From Elsinoe ampelina (Eukaryota), in assembly GCA_010093995.1 (NCBI GenBank), contig ML992509.1:1015850-1079849 (forward strand): a stretch of 64,000 nt of DNA, in the 5' to 3' direction. The notes below the pieces were generated by a model. That model ran no database searches. It saw only the letters and a list, made by a program, of their open reading frames with translations, and was not told the DNA's origin. This document shows, one piece after another, positions 11,330-23,245 of this stretch. A program made the translations under genes and the position numbers. How positions within the stretch are numbered: position 1 is the first letter of the stretch; the number at the start of each line of letters is the position of its first letter.

Positions 11330-12100
11330 AGTTCTTAGCTTTATTCTCTAATAGTACTAGTAACTCTCTTACCTCCTCTACTCCCTCTATCCTATCCCTC
11401 CTCTCCCCCTTATTCTCCTCTAGCTCTATAAGGGCTTTAAGCCTAGTAATCCTTACCCTCTAATTCTCTAGCTTACTTAGAGCCTTTACTAAAGCTATCT
11501 CTAAGTCTATAATACGTTTCTTTAGATCTATAGTCTCTTACGATTTAGCTTATAATTCCCTAGACGATTCGCTAGCTAGCGCCGAGTAATAATTCTTACT
11601 CTCCTTTACGTAGTACCTATATAACTTCCCCTTACTCTTATCCTTCTAGACTCGATATACTACTATATCTTAATTATCCTTAGCCTTACGACTATACTAT
11701 CGGCACAGATTTAGAGCCGGCTCCCTCTTCTCTATCTCTATAATCTTGCTAGCGTATACTATATAGTAGATACTAGTTAAGGTAATCTTCTTTACTTTAG
11801 TATTACTACTAGTAGTATCTAGCGTAAGGCGAAGAGTACGCTACTTATTATCTAAGACGTACTAGAAGTCTTACTCGTTAGTAGTCTTAGGGCAGCGCTA
11901 TTAGTTATTAAAACTACAAAAATCGTAAGTCTCTAAATTATAGATAGAATTATAGACGAATTATAACCCTAGGGATAATTAGATACTACTTATATAAGTT
12001 AGTTCTAGAGCTCTTCTCTAGCTAAAGCGGCAGTTCTTGCTATAGTATTAGCAGCTTACTGTTACTCGGCGGTTTAATAAGTCTGTCTTATAGGGGTAGT
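11330..12100 (-). pseudogene. RIP-mutated accessory ORF3: Cys6 zinc-cluster-like motif + coiled coil
   Basis: The minus frame de-RIPs to CR(Q)(C)SRKA...(C)RV(W)KDKSKGK(S)(C)(G)Y(C)VKESKN(C) at ~11705-11587, then the heptad segment IDLKKRIIDLEIAL.KALSKLEN. Boundaries approximate. Confidence 0.5.
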
Positions 12101-12454
12101 ATAAAGATTCTTCCCTAATATCTTAATATTAATTATATAATTACTTAGTAAGCTAGAGGTAAGCTTATCGTTGTAATTAAACGCTAGTTAGTGGTATCTA
12201 AGGCTGCTACTAGTAGTGGAGCTTAGACTCGATAGTTTAGTATATCCCTTATGTCTACCTAGTTACCTCTCTAGAGTAGTTAGTATAATAATAATATTAC
12301 TACTACTACCTTATACAATTGCACTAAAATTTATATCATTGTAATCAGCGTGATAAGAGAAGGCGATTGATATTAATTTCAATGCTATATAATGAATATT
12401 CGTGGAGTTATCCGAATGCGGTGATGTGACGCCAAAAAGGGGTTGGGCAGCCGA

Positions 12455-12489
12455 GAGTTTTGCGACAAGTGTAAAAATATACCACCGTC
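12455..12489 (-). repeat. Right terminal inverted repeat
   Basis: Reverse complement reads GACGGTGGTATATTTTTACACTTGTCGCAAAACTC. Confidence 0.92.
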
Positions 12490-14858
12490 GTCTGCTCCGC
12501 CGGGTGCGGACTCGGTTCCGCACGAGAAAGGGATAGTGTGCCGCTGGACGTTCACCTTAGACCTCAAGCTTTTTGGTCGGCGGGCGTGACGTGACGAAAG
12601 GTATTTGGGAGGCCAAGTCCATCGGGCAGGCTTCGGGGTCTAGTCTGTCACTGGACGCTGCTCTTCCGCGCATCTGGGCGACTGGTCGACATCGCGCAAG
12701 GCACGGGATGCTGTATCTCGATGCTCCATTTCGCGGGAATAGTACATTGAGCCAGCGTGTGTCGGAGCTGCATGCGGACAGGCTTGGAGACCGGCTTTTG
12801 CGTCGTATGGCGCTCGATGGCGAAGTGGCGCCATCGAGCGATGCACTTCAGGGATACTGGACTTGGTGTCGATCTATAGGCGCAGGATGTGAACATGGAG
12901 ATTACAGGATTGTGATCATTGGAAATGATCGTTTGACTGGAAGCGGTGGTTGCAGGGGATCAGAGTCATGCGCTTCTTGTCATGAGGTGAGATTCTATCA
13001 TGCCGTTCCTGTTTGCCACGATGGGTTAAGGGGTCTTACGATAGAGCGTGCAAGGATGCTGACGGTATTCGTGCTTGGTCATGCCGGGCTACTCCTCGGC
13101 GTCCTCGCGGTGCGCCAGGACGCTTGCAAGGGTGTTGGAAGACTCACACGCGTCATGCGAAAGTGCCTTGCGGGTGATTTTGGTCGCTATCATACCGGTG
13201 ACAAGTCCTGCAAGAAACAGCTTCCAGCCGATCGTCATGTTGGTGCCATGCCGGTACAGGATCGTGGCACCGTCTTGTCGATGTCAAGTATGGCCGAAAT
13301 CTCGTGCGAGCGTGTGAGTCTTGGATTACCACCAAAGTAAAGTGCAGACGTCATGGAGGCGCAGAGAAGCTACTTGTATGCAGATCGGAGACAAGAACGT
13401 TGGCGAATCATCACGTTGTGAGATGGAGCAATCGGTGTGAACCGCGTCCTCGTTGCTCGCGAGAAGAATCTCGTATAACAAACACACTGACCAAGGGCCT
13501 ACTCCCACCATAAAGCGCAAACGAAGCCTGGATAAACCAACTGAGAAGACGCGAAGCACATAGCTGCGAACGCGCTACACCGCTCCATCCCTGGAAGCTT
13601 GACGCTACCACGCTCGCTGCCGCTATGGGTCTTGCGCAGCAATCCAGTCCTTCGGCAAAGATTGCACTAGCATCCGGTAGGGGACTGCCAGGGCATTGCC
13701 GTCATATGAGCAAAGATCCTCTGGCATTAATTGCGTCGCCCGAAACGTCACACGGGTAGCAGATGGTGTTTCGTTGACAGCGCATTAATAACAGCGCATT
13801 CATGACAGCGTATCCGTGACCATGTAACATGGCGAAATAGCACTATTCCTGAGCGATTTGCAGGGGATTGTTTGTCGCTCTCGATACGATTGGAAAGGGA
13901 CTGACAGTATCTCGCAGCGACCTTGTTCCTTATCCACGACTTGAGACAGTGGGACGCGTCTTAGCATAAGATAGCTACAGTGGCTACAACGGATGTCACC
14001 TCAAAGCCTCGACCACAACTAGCAAGCGATAGAGCCGCGACCGTACCGTGACTGGAGTGCGATTTCACACACCCAGATCGCGATCCTTGTGACATCTACC
14101 ACTTTTCGCCCTCCCTTTTTCGCTCTCCCCTCAATAGTGTATACAAGAAATGCTCGTGACACAATCGCAATAGTGCTCGGAAAATGAGTGTCATGTATCG
14201 GGCAAGCAATGATTGGGCAGCGAAACGAGGTCCGTCATGTTGCAAAGACGGGAAATGGGAAACACAAGACGATTACATCCCTGATTGGTACAACGATTGG
14301 CTGTGGAGATGCAGCGAGAGGCGACTGATAGCTTAGCATGGATCTCTGTTCGATCGACGGGTCATTCCGAGTATATTTGTTCTGGAAAAGATCGTTTTGG
14401 TGGCGCTCTGGGAGCGTCAGTGTAGATTGGTCATTGCGGTCTGTCTTGTTCGGCGTCATAGGAAATATCCGATATGGATCATGGTCTTGAGGGGGGGGGG
14501 TGCGGGGTGCATTATTGTCATAGATGAGTTGGCCATGGAATTCTTGCAACGATGAACCCATGTAATTCAATGCTTTGGGTATCTGAGAATATACTACTGC
14601 ATGTGGTGAACCTTACTCCTGTGCGCCTTCAATGCTCCTTACTTGTTGTGGCCGGCCGTAAACCATTTGTCAATCGTTCAATCGCTTAGTCGTTTCGGCC
14701 TCCCATGATGGGCATGACAACAGTGGCGAACTGCGCCACGCCTGCCACACCTTTGGACGGTAGAGCCATAAGTTCTTCCGGTCTAGATTGACCTCGATCC
14801 TGACTGTGGTCCTCTGCGATCCTTCGCAGGAATATTCCCACGCCATGAGAGTGTTACC

Positions 14859-16488
14859 TCATCGTGGCTGGCGACGCTCGTCGGAATATCCATCTTTTTG
14901 AATGCGTATAGGTGGGAGGGAAAGGCTTGATCGCCGTTGGGCCAAATGGGGCCGCGCGCTAGGGATATTTGGCGGTTGCTGAGGAGGTCGTGATGACTGC
15001 AGGGAATCGGGGTGAGCATGCTTGCTTCCAAGACCAGGAGGAGGTGGAAGGATGCGGCTTCGAGGATCAACAGGAGAGGTAGGTGACGGTAAAAGAGATC
15101 TGCGGCGAATGTATGTGTCTTCCACTGGAATGATCCTGCTTGCCGCAGAGGCTGAAGTGGCATGGTCTGCTGCATATGGTGATGGTCCATTCAAATGACG
15201 GAAGCCTCTCTCTCCTGTGTTTCCATCCTGTATCAGAGACCAAGCCGTGCTTTGCTCCCGACAAGGAACGGTCTGGGAGTCCCAAGGTCTGTCGTCGATA
15301 GTGTGATCATGCTGTGGTCGATGGGAGGCGTGCATGAAGGAAGGTCGTGCGAATAGGGGTGACTGGGATTGGTTGGAGTCTGTTGAGATGCTCATTGTGG
15401 CAATGGTACTGTCATTATATGTGAATGCGTCCGTGAAGCTGGAGCGACTTGAAGGCGTGTGGCCTGTGACAGGAATGATATCGGTCCTCGGTGAAGTGCT
15501 GTCCAACATGACCTCATCACTATTACTGCGCGTCATGGACATCTCTGGATCACAGTCTGCCTTTGCTCGCTTCGATTCTGCCGAACCTCGTCAATTCTGG
15601 ACTGATCTCCGGAGCGGACGCGTTTCAATGCGCACCTTTCGTGTATTTCTCTCCATGTTTAGCCTTGAACTCGACAAGGTAGGTTTGGTAGATGTGGTAA
15701 TCCGGAGTCTTTTTGTATTCGGTGAGTTGAGCATAATAGGTCTCTTTCATCGCTTGTGCTTGTCGTTCGCAAGCTGCTCTCTCTTCTGGGTCTGGATCTT
15801 GCCATTGCTCGCCAACAATCTTTGCGATTTCAGTGAAGCTGAGATCCTGATCCTTGAGTCGCTCGCGTACCCCTGGGTTGACGAGTTAGTACTGTGGTGG
15901 TGCATGGAAGGTAGTTTGCGCACGGTTCGAGAAAATGACATAGGCTGATGGTGGTCTTTCAGGCGCATTCTCATCTGGCTTCTCAATGTCAGCGGCGTCC
16001 AGAAAGTGGGCATGTTGACTGACTTTTGGGTGCCGACGATACTTGCGCTTCTGAGGAGGTGCTTGATGAAAGGTAGGAGTTGTACCTTCCTGTGTCGTAG
16101 ATTCGGACCTGCATAATCTCGAAGGACCGTCATGTCGGAAGCTCCCTGGTGAGTGATTCAGCGTGTTCGTTGCCACGCCATCTGGGGCCTGCTGCTTCAC
16201 GTCCTGGATTGCCCTCTGTAATCGCTGAGAAGATCAGCATCCCTTGAATCTATCTCACTGCAGGATAAGCATGCGTACTCTTCGGTGTCCCAATTTGATG
16301 TCCAATGCAATCCTTCAGCATGTCAGTAGAGAAGTCAATTGAATAGTCGTAGTGTCAACGCACATGTCATCCTCGGTGATGTCGAGTAACTGGCACCACG
16401 TCTCAAATCCCTCGTTCCGCAGAATCTGGCAATATTGCTGCAGTCCTATGGACTGGAGGGACTGATCCAGATCTGTTGAGAAGACCAT
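14859..16488 (-). CDS. SAM-domain + HMG-box transcription factor
   Basis: Six exons splice in frame: SAM (LQSIGLQQY..IL..EGFETW..LLDITEDDM|IALDIKLGHRR|RLQRAI), KRKYRRHPK|PDENAPERPPSAYVIFSN|RVRERLKDQDLSFTEIAKIVGEQW (HMG box), then an S/P-rich tail. Confidence 0.88.
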
Positions 16489-19218
16489 TCCACAATGCGA
16501 GTTCGATCCCAAGCATAAAGTTGAACGACTCGCCCGTGTGGATGCTTGGAGGCGCCAAGTCGAGGGCGCAAGGCAGCAGTAAGGAATCTGAAAACCAAGT
16601 CCTCAACTTTGGGGTGAGGATATTGCCGAAATGTAAAGATGCTGCGAATGTCGCCAGCATCAGCTGATACAAGTAAGAGCTAGAGAGGCGAGATGACGTG
16701 GTAGCGGTAGCTTTGTGGTAGCCGTGGGTGTCAAGGACGGCAGCTCGTTTGTGCAAGTAGCGACGGGATCAGCTCCGCCAGAGACGCACGATAGGCTCTC
16801 CAGAGACTGAAGGCCTGGGTCTTGCAGAGAATTTCTGTGGGTCGACGTGCATTCAAAGGCGGTCACGACGTGGTATCGAAGATGGTCAAACTTGTCTATA
16901 CGTACAAGAGGATCATCTGAAGTGTGCGAGATTGGGCCGGAGAGAGCCAAGGACCTCCAATGTTTGGAGCGCAGGACGAGATTGCAACAACAAGATGTCC
17001 GGGAAATGGATTTGCAGATGGTGCACAGTTCGGCACGTCGGCGAGAACAGCGCCCAAAGGTTCTTTGGCAACAGCAGTGCCTGATTTCTGCCGCCGTTGC
17101 CGTGTTTTGGGACGTCACTAGCTCTCAACGAGCATGCCAGGAGGATGGTGTGCCTCGCGGGTAGCCGATCGGGCGTTCGTGCAGGGATATTTGGAGGCCA
17201 GACGACGGGTCGTGGGCAGAATTTGAAAGCTTTGGCGGCACAGCTGTCGATCCTTGTGGCCATGGGTAATAATGTACTTTGGGATATCTCGAGTCGGACA
17301 GGGTTCTGTGGTACGGTATGTAGGGACCGGCAAGAACCAGTAGACCTTGCATATCCGGACTCAAAATGTGGCGCCACGGATGAGATAGCGTATGGTAGTT
17401 CCATCACGATTGCATGACTGCATTATATCGAGGAATGATCAAGGCGTGAAGTGTGAGACGGCCGGGCAAGCAAGATCGAGGGCATCGACAGTTTGAAGGT
17501 GGTCGCTCGATGTGGCACAAGACTGTTCCCTTTTTGGATGCGGAATTTGTTGCGTTCCCTGTGTGGACAAGCTTCCTGTCTGTGGATGGACAATTTCATT
17601 GCCCTGGACATGCGTGCTCAGCCGTGACCAGATCTGTATTTGCATACTATCTGATGGCACTCGCAGCAATTGCGCTTCGAATGAGTGGCTGTTAGGGTAC
17701 GGTTGTTCAGACTCCAGGTCCTGTTCATTGCGGTAGTCGACCTGCTTGTCGTTTCGTGATGCCCTCCAGCAGATTCCCATCATCGATGTTAGGCAAAGCA
17801 GTCCTGCAGCGCCAACAGCGGCGACATGTCCGCAACTGCACGCTGCCATACCGCGTCACCGGTACAAAGGCTATTGATCCCACTGTGGATGATCCTGAGG
17901 GATTGACGGGCAGCAAACTGGCAAGTGACACATTTGCTGCAGGGACCGAGTTCGTCGGTCGATGCGCGCCTGCGGATTGATGCCAAGAATATCATCGCCT
18001 CGATTGTTGTAACTAGCAAATCGGATCGAGAGACGTGTGTTTCATTCAGAGAGTTACAATAACCGATTTATCTACTGTGCGTGCGCTGACTCATCAGTAC
18101 CAGTTCTTCAGTACCAGAGAAGCTGTACCAGCCTTCCATTACAACATCGATCACCCGCATGCAAATCCGCTTTTTCCAGAATTGTCGTCCTGTGCAGGCC
18201 CGTGAGTTGACGGATGCTGCTTCCGCGCTTGCCACGAGGCCAGGAGACTGGCAAATTACAGGTCATTACAGTGAGGGCATCGCTGTCAGCTCTCACCATG
18301 ATGGACTGTTGACGGATCTCTGCAGGACGGCCCACATGCAGATAACGACATTCGGCCGGAGAGCCGACCTATCTGTGGCCCCGCCTACATCGACTCGATT
18401 GTACTGCAATCGCGGGTCGGTCTCTGCGCCGACCTATGTACAGATCCTGGACGCCCAATTCCATGCAACACAGGTCTCGCTCCAACAGCTCTGAGCAAGC
18501 TCTCAGCAAGCTCTCCGCAAGCCACACAGGACTTCTGTGCTCTTTGTATATACATGGCGCTTGCATCCCATCTCTCACTAACTCGGAGCAGACGCCACTC
18601 AATCAGCCTCAGTAGGGACCCGTCGTCCTAAATTACTTCAAACATCATCCTGCACGCTGAAAAGCCATCAGCGAAGACCTGCGGGTACGTCACAGTCACT
18701 AGAGCTTCTCAGAGACGCCACCCAAGCATCCCCCCGTACCGCCCTCACATATCCCAGCGCATCGCCAAGTGCCCCTTGCAATTCCAACGGAGTCCTCATC
18801 CGCCATGCACTACTCACAACCCCCTCTCCAGCTCGCTACATGATCCCCATCTCACCATCCCCTGTCAACGCGCGCTTCACACATCACAAAACCGTAGATG
18901 TCGCCCCACAACCACAAGACGTACATCTACGATAACGGGACATCCCAAGCCGTCACCCAACCAAACATAGCACACGGCAAGAGGTACAGCACCAGCGGCA
19001 AGTACCGCTCGCAAGACACCACCCCTTGGCCCCGCCCTCTACCGAAGCGAGTCATGCCCATCATCCACCTACACGTACCCAGCTCCTCCCGCAGCCACAC
19101 AGCACCCGCCCGGACTGTGCTCCCGCATTCTACAGCCCTGCAGGCTGCACTGCACTGTACCACCCATCCCTACAATAATACTCCCATGTACACCCCCCCG
19201 TACCTCTCAGTGGCGCAC

Positions 19219-19766
19219 NNNNNNNNNNNNNNNNNNNNNNNNNNNNNNNNNNNNNNNNNNNNNNNNNNNNNNNNNNNNNNNNNNNNNNNNNNNNNNNNNN
19301 NNNNNNNNNNNNNNNNNNNNNNNNNNNNNNNNNNNNNNNNNNNNNNNNNNNNNNNNNNNNNNNNNNNNNNNNNNNNNNNNNNNNNNNNNNNNNNNNNNNN
19401 NNNNNNNNNNNNNNNNNNNNNNNNNNNNNNNNNNNNNNNNNNNNNNNNNNNNNNNNNNNNNNNNNNNNNNNNNNNNNNNNNNNNNNNNNNNNNNNNNNNN
19501 NNNNNNNNNNNNNNNNNNNNNNNNNNNNNNNNNNNNNNNNNNNNNNNNNNNNNNNNNNNNNNNNNNNNNNNNNNNNNNNNNNNNNNNNNNNNNNNNNNNN
19601 NNNNNNNNNNNNNNNNNNNNNNNNNNNNNNNNNNNNNNNNNNNNNNNNNNNNNNNNNNNNNNNNNNNNNNNNNNNNNNNNNNNNNNNNNNNNNNNNNNNN
19701 NNNNNNNNNNNNNNNNNNNNNNNNNNNNNNNNNNNNNNNNNNNNNNNNNNNNNNNNNNNNNNNNNN
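19219..19766. other. Assembly gap (548 N)
   Basis: Run of N. Confidence 1.
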
Positions 19767-19903
19767 CATGGCTTGGTCATATGAGGAAAGAGGTAGATGT
19801 TTGGTCGGGATGGATGCATTCCCATCTCTGCTTGCGCTTGCGAGTATCCTTCTCGATTTCTCTTCATTAGAGCTCGCTATATTACTCCTGCATGTCGAGC
19901 ATC

Positions 19904-22457
19904 TCATCTCTCGTACCGAGGGAGCTGACCATTTCCCCCGCCTGCATTGCTGGATTGCCCTTCTTGACCCTCGGCCCCGGCCTCGCGCAGCTCCATCTCC
20001 TCTAGCTCGCTGCTGCTGGGGACTAAAGGAGCAAAGTCCCGCTGCGGAGGTGGTTGCGGTGGTCTGTGCCCGTTTGTCCGTGGCGCATTGGGCGACGTGG
20101 GCGGTGTGTCCTTTGCTGGGACCGGAGGTGGACGACTGGCTTGGCTGGCGAATTCACGTCTCTGCAATTCAGCTTTGTCATCTGTTGGTGGTGCAGATGT
20201 AGGTGGTTGGTTTGGACTACGTTGTCTGCTCGTGCTGCTTGAGATCGGAGTCGTGTTGATTGTGAGGCCTATCTGGCTGTATCGTGGGGCCGAAGGACCG
20301 GCTTGTGGCTGCGCTGGCGAAGAAGAATGTGGTTGAGATGGAGCGGGTGACTCGGCCATGAATGACCCCAAGCCAAAATCGAAATCGAGCATCGGGGCGC
20401 TAGGCAAGGCGCTGCTGTATGCATCGTCCGATGAGGACGTTGCAGGAGGCTGGCTAGGGAGGAGCCTTGCTTCAGCGCGTCTCGCTCGTTCTTTGTCGGT
20501 CAAATTCTCGTCACCCGGAAGGACAGGAGGCTCGAATTCGGGGGGTGCAAAATCAGGTGGGGCATCATAGCCATACCATTGATGTGAGGAGTAGTCATAG
20601 TTAGGGTCGTAGCCTTCGTTGTAGTAATCGTAATCGTAATCGTAATCGTAGTGCCCATTCGCGGCCGAGTCGTAATGTGGAACGTGATTGTTAGGCCAGG
20701 GCTGTGGTGGAGCCAACTGGGACGGCCCATTTCCATATGGTACCGGCTGATCTGCATGATAGGGCGTTGAAGGGGCCTGGTCGGCGATCCGCTCGCGGAG
20801 ATCAACTTCTGCCGTCACGCGTTCCTTGCCCTTCTTCCGTTCGCTGTCATGAGTTCCGACTACAATCTCAAGTATACATGTGACGACACTTTTGTCCCTT
20901 CGAACCGCGGTCGTGTCAACGTAAGGATGAGGTCCATATCTGTCCGATCCAGAGGTGTCCACATCGGGCGTTGAAATAGCAGGTTCCGAACTTGTGGGGG
21001 CAAAGTACTTTTCAGACCCTGCGAGCTTTCCCTGGATGTCCAAAATGACCTCCAAGTAATATTTGAAGCTTATCATGGCGCCTGGCACACAAGCGATGGT
21101 CGGGAAACAGTCCTCAGGCACACGAAGCTTTGGTGTGAGCTCGGTCGTTAGACTCTGCGGGTCGACCAGGAGCGGCATCACTATCTGTGATAAATCCTTA
21201 CGAAAGATATGGCTGGATCCTGCTGCTGAAAGGGATAGTCCGCCCAAACCAGTCAATGACCTTGGATAATAGTCTTCGAACTTTCGCTTCTCTCCATCCG
21301 TGGTCGGGCCGAGTGGTAACGAAGGATGCGTGTCGACTCTTGCTTGTCTATACAATGTCACGATTACACCTTGCATACTCTTGACATATTTGGTGTGATT
21401 GACAACGATTCGGAGGGGGATTGTGTCGCCACGAAGAGTGCCGCCTTTCAATGATTCGACATGGACTGTTATGGTCTGATTGCGTTTTGAACCGGAGCCA
21501 TAATCGTGAACTGCACTTCCACAGTCGCTTGCTCGACTTGAGCGTACAGAGTCGGACGTATGGCGATTGCTGCTGCTCTGTCTCGAGCCTGAGCTTCTGA
21601 TGCTCGGCGCGGGCGAATTGGAGGTGACGATGAAATCACCGGTAGTACTGGCTTGTGACCGCGCGACACTCTGACCATCGGCAAACTGTGAGCCACTGCC
21701 ATCGTCCTGTCGCATGCTGTCGCTTTGACCGGCTCGTCGTTTGGACGTGCTTGACTTTCCTGGGGCTCTCTTTAGGAGCGGTTCGAGGGTAATCGTGCGC
21801 GGCTTTGGCGGTAACAGCTTTGATACATCTATTCGTTCTGCGAACTGTATCTTCTGATCGTGATAAACCATGGGAGCCATAGAATTGGGTCGTGTCATGG
21901 TGGCCGTAACCATGTATGTGACCGTTCCTCTCTCGAACTGCGCAAATGTTAGGCCGACCAAATTGCCATCATGGGAGTGCACTTACATCAATGCTACTGG
22001 GCATCGTCTCGTCCGGGAACCGCATCTTAAACTCGAATTTGTAATTACCCTCCTCCAATCTACCATCTCCGCAGACGACTCTCTCGTCCTCGAACAAGGT
22101 TGCGAACCCATTGCCAAAATATTCTCCCCTTCTCTTCCCTCTTCCCTTTCCGATGAGGTTGTTGTGTGCTCGGAAGCCCTCCGGCGGCGGCGCACCGGCC
22201 GTTTTGTACACCTGCGCGAATCCATGCAGACAGACGACGATATGCGTGACTCGTACGGCCTTGATAAGCTTGACGATGACATTCCCCTTGATAATGTCGC
22301 CTGGCGCATACCGGCGGTGCGGATCGTCGGCTTGAACGGTAAACTCGGCAACTGTCCTGGATTTTGCACCAAAGGGAGAAGATATGCGCGTGAACAAGCT
22401 CTTTCTGACCGTGGGAGACTGCAATGTCGCTGTAGTAGGGCTGGAGGCTTGTTGCAT
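19904..22457 (-). CDS. palF: pH-response arrestin PalF/Rim8
   Basis: Arrestin-N (DDPHRRYAPGDIIKG...VRVTHIVVCLHG, GEYFGNGFATLFEDE). Intron 21986-21938 gives PSSID|FERGTVTY. Also EDYYPRSLTGLGGLSLS and terminal DDKAEL...LPRYER. Confidence 0.92.
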
Positions 22458-23245
22458 AGTTGATAGGTTTCGGCGTTCGACATGCGGGATGAGATTGTTG
22501 GGCACCGTCTCTCAACTGTGCATGCCTCACTGCTGTCCCGCCGGATGATCCGAACTTTGCCCCCCGCCGTCTCCTCTCGTCGGTGAGGACCGGGACACGC
22601 AATGGCGGGGTGGCAGTGTTGTCGAGCGAGCCGACACTGTGGAAGGAGACCCCTGATCAGCAATGGTCGACGTGGGCGCAATCAGAACGCGAGAGAGCAT
22701 CTTGACAGCGGAAGAGACAACCGTGGGACTGTCGGCGGGCGACAGAAGGTTTGCGAACGAGAGTCCAGACTCGATATGGATGACATACCTTTTGATTAGC
22801 GGATCGTCACCGCGCGGTGGACCGGAGATGCAGCACTGCCCACGAGGATGAGCTTGACAGTCTTGGCTGGGGAAGCCAAGGGACGGAAAAGGGTTGAGAG
22901 TCGGCAGTCGTGGGCCAAAAATGCGATGGAAGGTTTGCGGTGCGACTCTGGCTTCTCGTGGCTGCTCCTCGGAGCCCTGTACGCTCGGATCAGCGCTAAA
23001 GAGGCAGCTGGACCGTTTGGGGACCTTTGGGCGACGCTGATTTGAGACCTCCACGAGACCTAACAAGGGCACTCTGAAGCCAAGGGGTCTTTTTTTTGGT
23101 CGTGGTTGCGCTTCCCGTGAGGAGCCTCCCTCAAAACCAACGCCTCTGCGCCCTCTTCGACCTCAAGTCAACAGCTTTCGCATCTCCAGCGTTCTTATCT
23201 GTACATTTCCATCAACATCGTTTACACGCCATCATCACAAGCACC

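Larger units (their letters stand above)
7303..12489 (+). mobile_element. RIP-inactivated TIR DNA transposon, IS3EU-like (Clr5 + integrase-core DDE transposase), 5,187 bp, three relic genes
   Basis: 35-bp TIRs at 7303-7337 and 12455-12489 (32/35 match). Flanking direct repeat GTCTG at 7298-7302 and 12490-12494. AT-rich, TpA-saturated interior. DDE motifs recoverable after reversing C>T/G>A. Confidence 0.88.

Noticed and set aside
7319..12473. Tc1/mariner or CACTA assignment from TA|CACT...AGTG|TA
   Set aside because: The inverted match extends 16 bp further out to a GTCTG duplication, and the transposase motifs are integrase-core type.
12573..13340. 255-aa + strand ORF
   Set aside because: Non-ATG start and no recognisable domain; likely a shadow frame.
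7303..19218. Starship or other giant cargo element
   Set aside because: No tyrosine-recombinase captain motifs were seen, and the element closes at 12489 with its own TIR/TSD.
18898..20202. ORFs of 245-434 aa spanning the N-run
   Set aside because: Artefacts of translating Ns.
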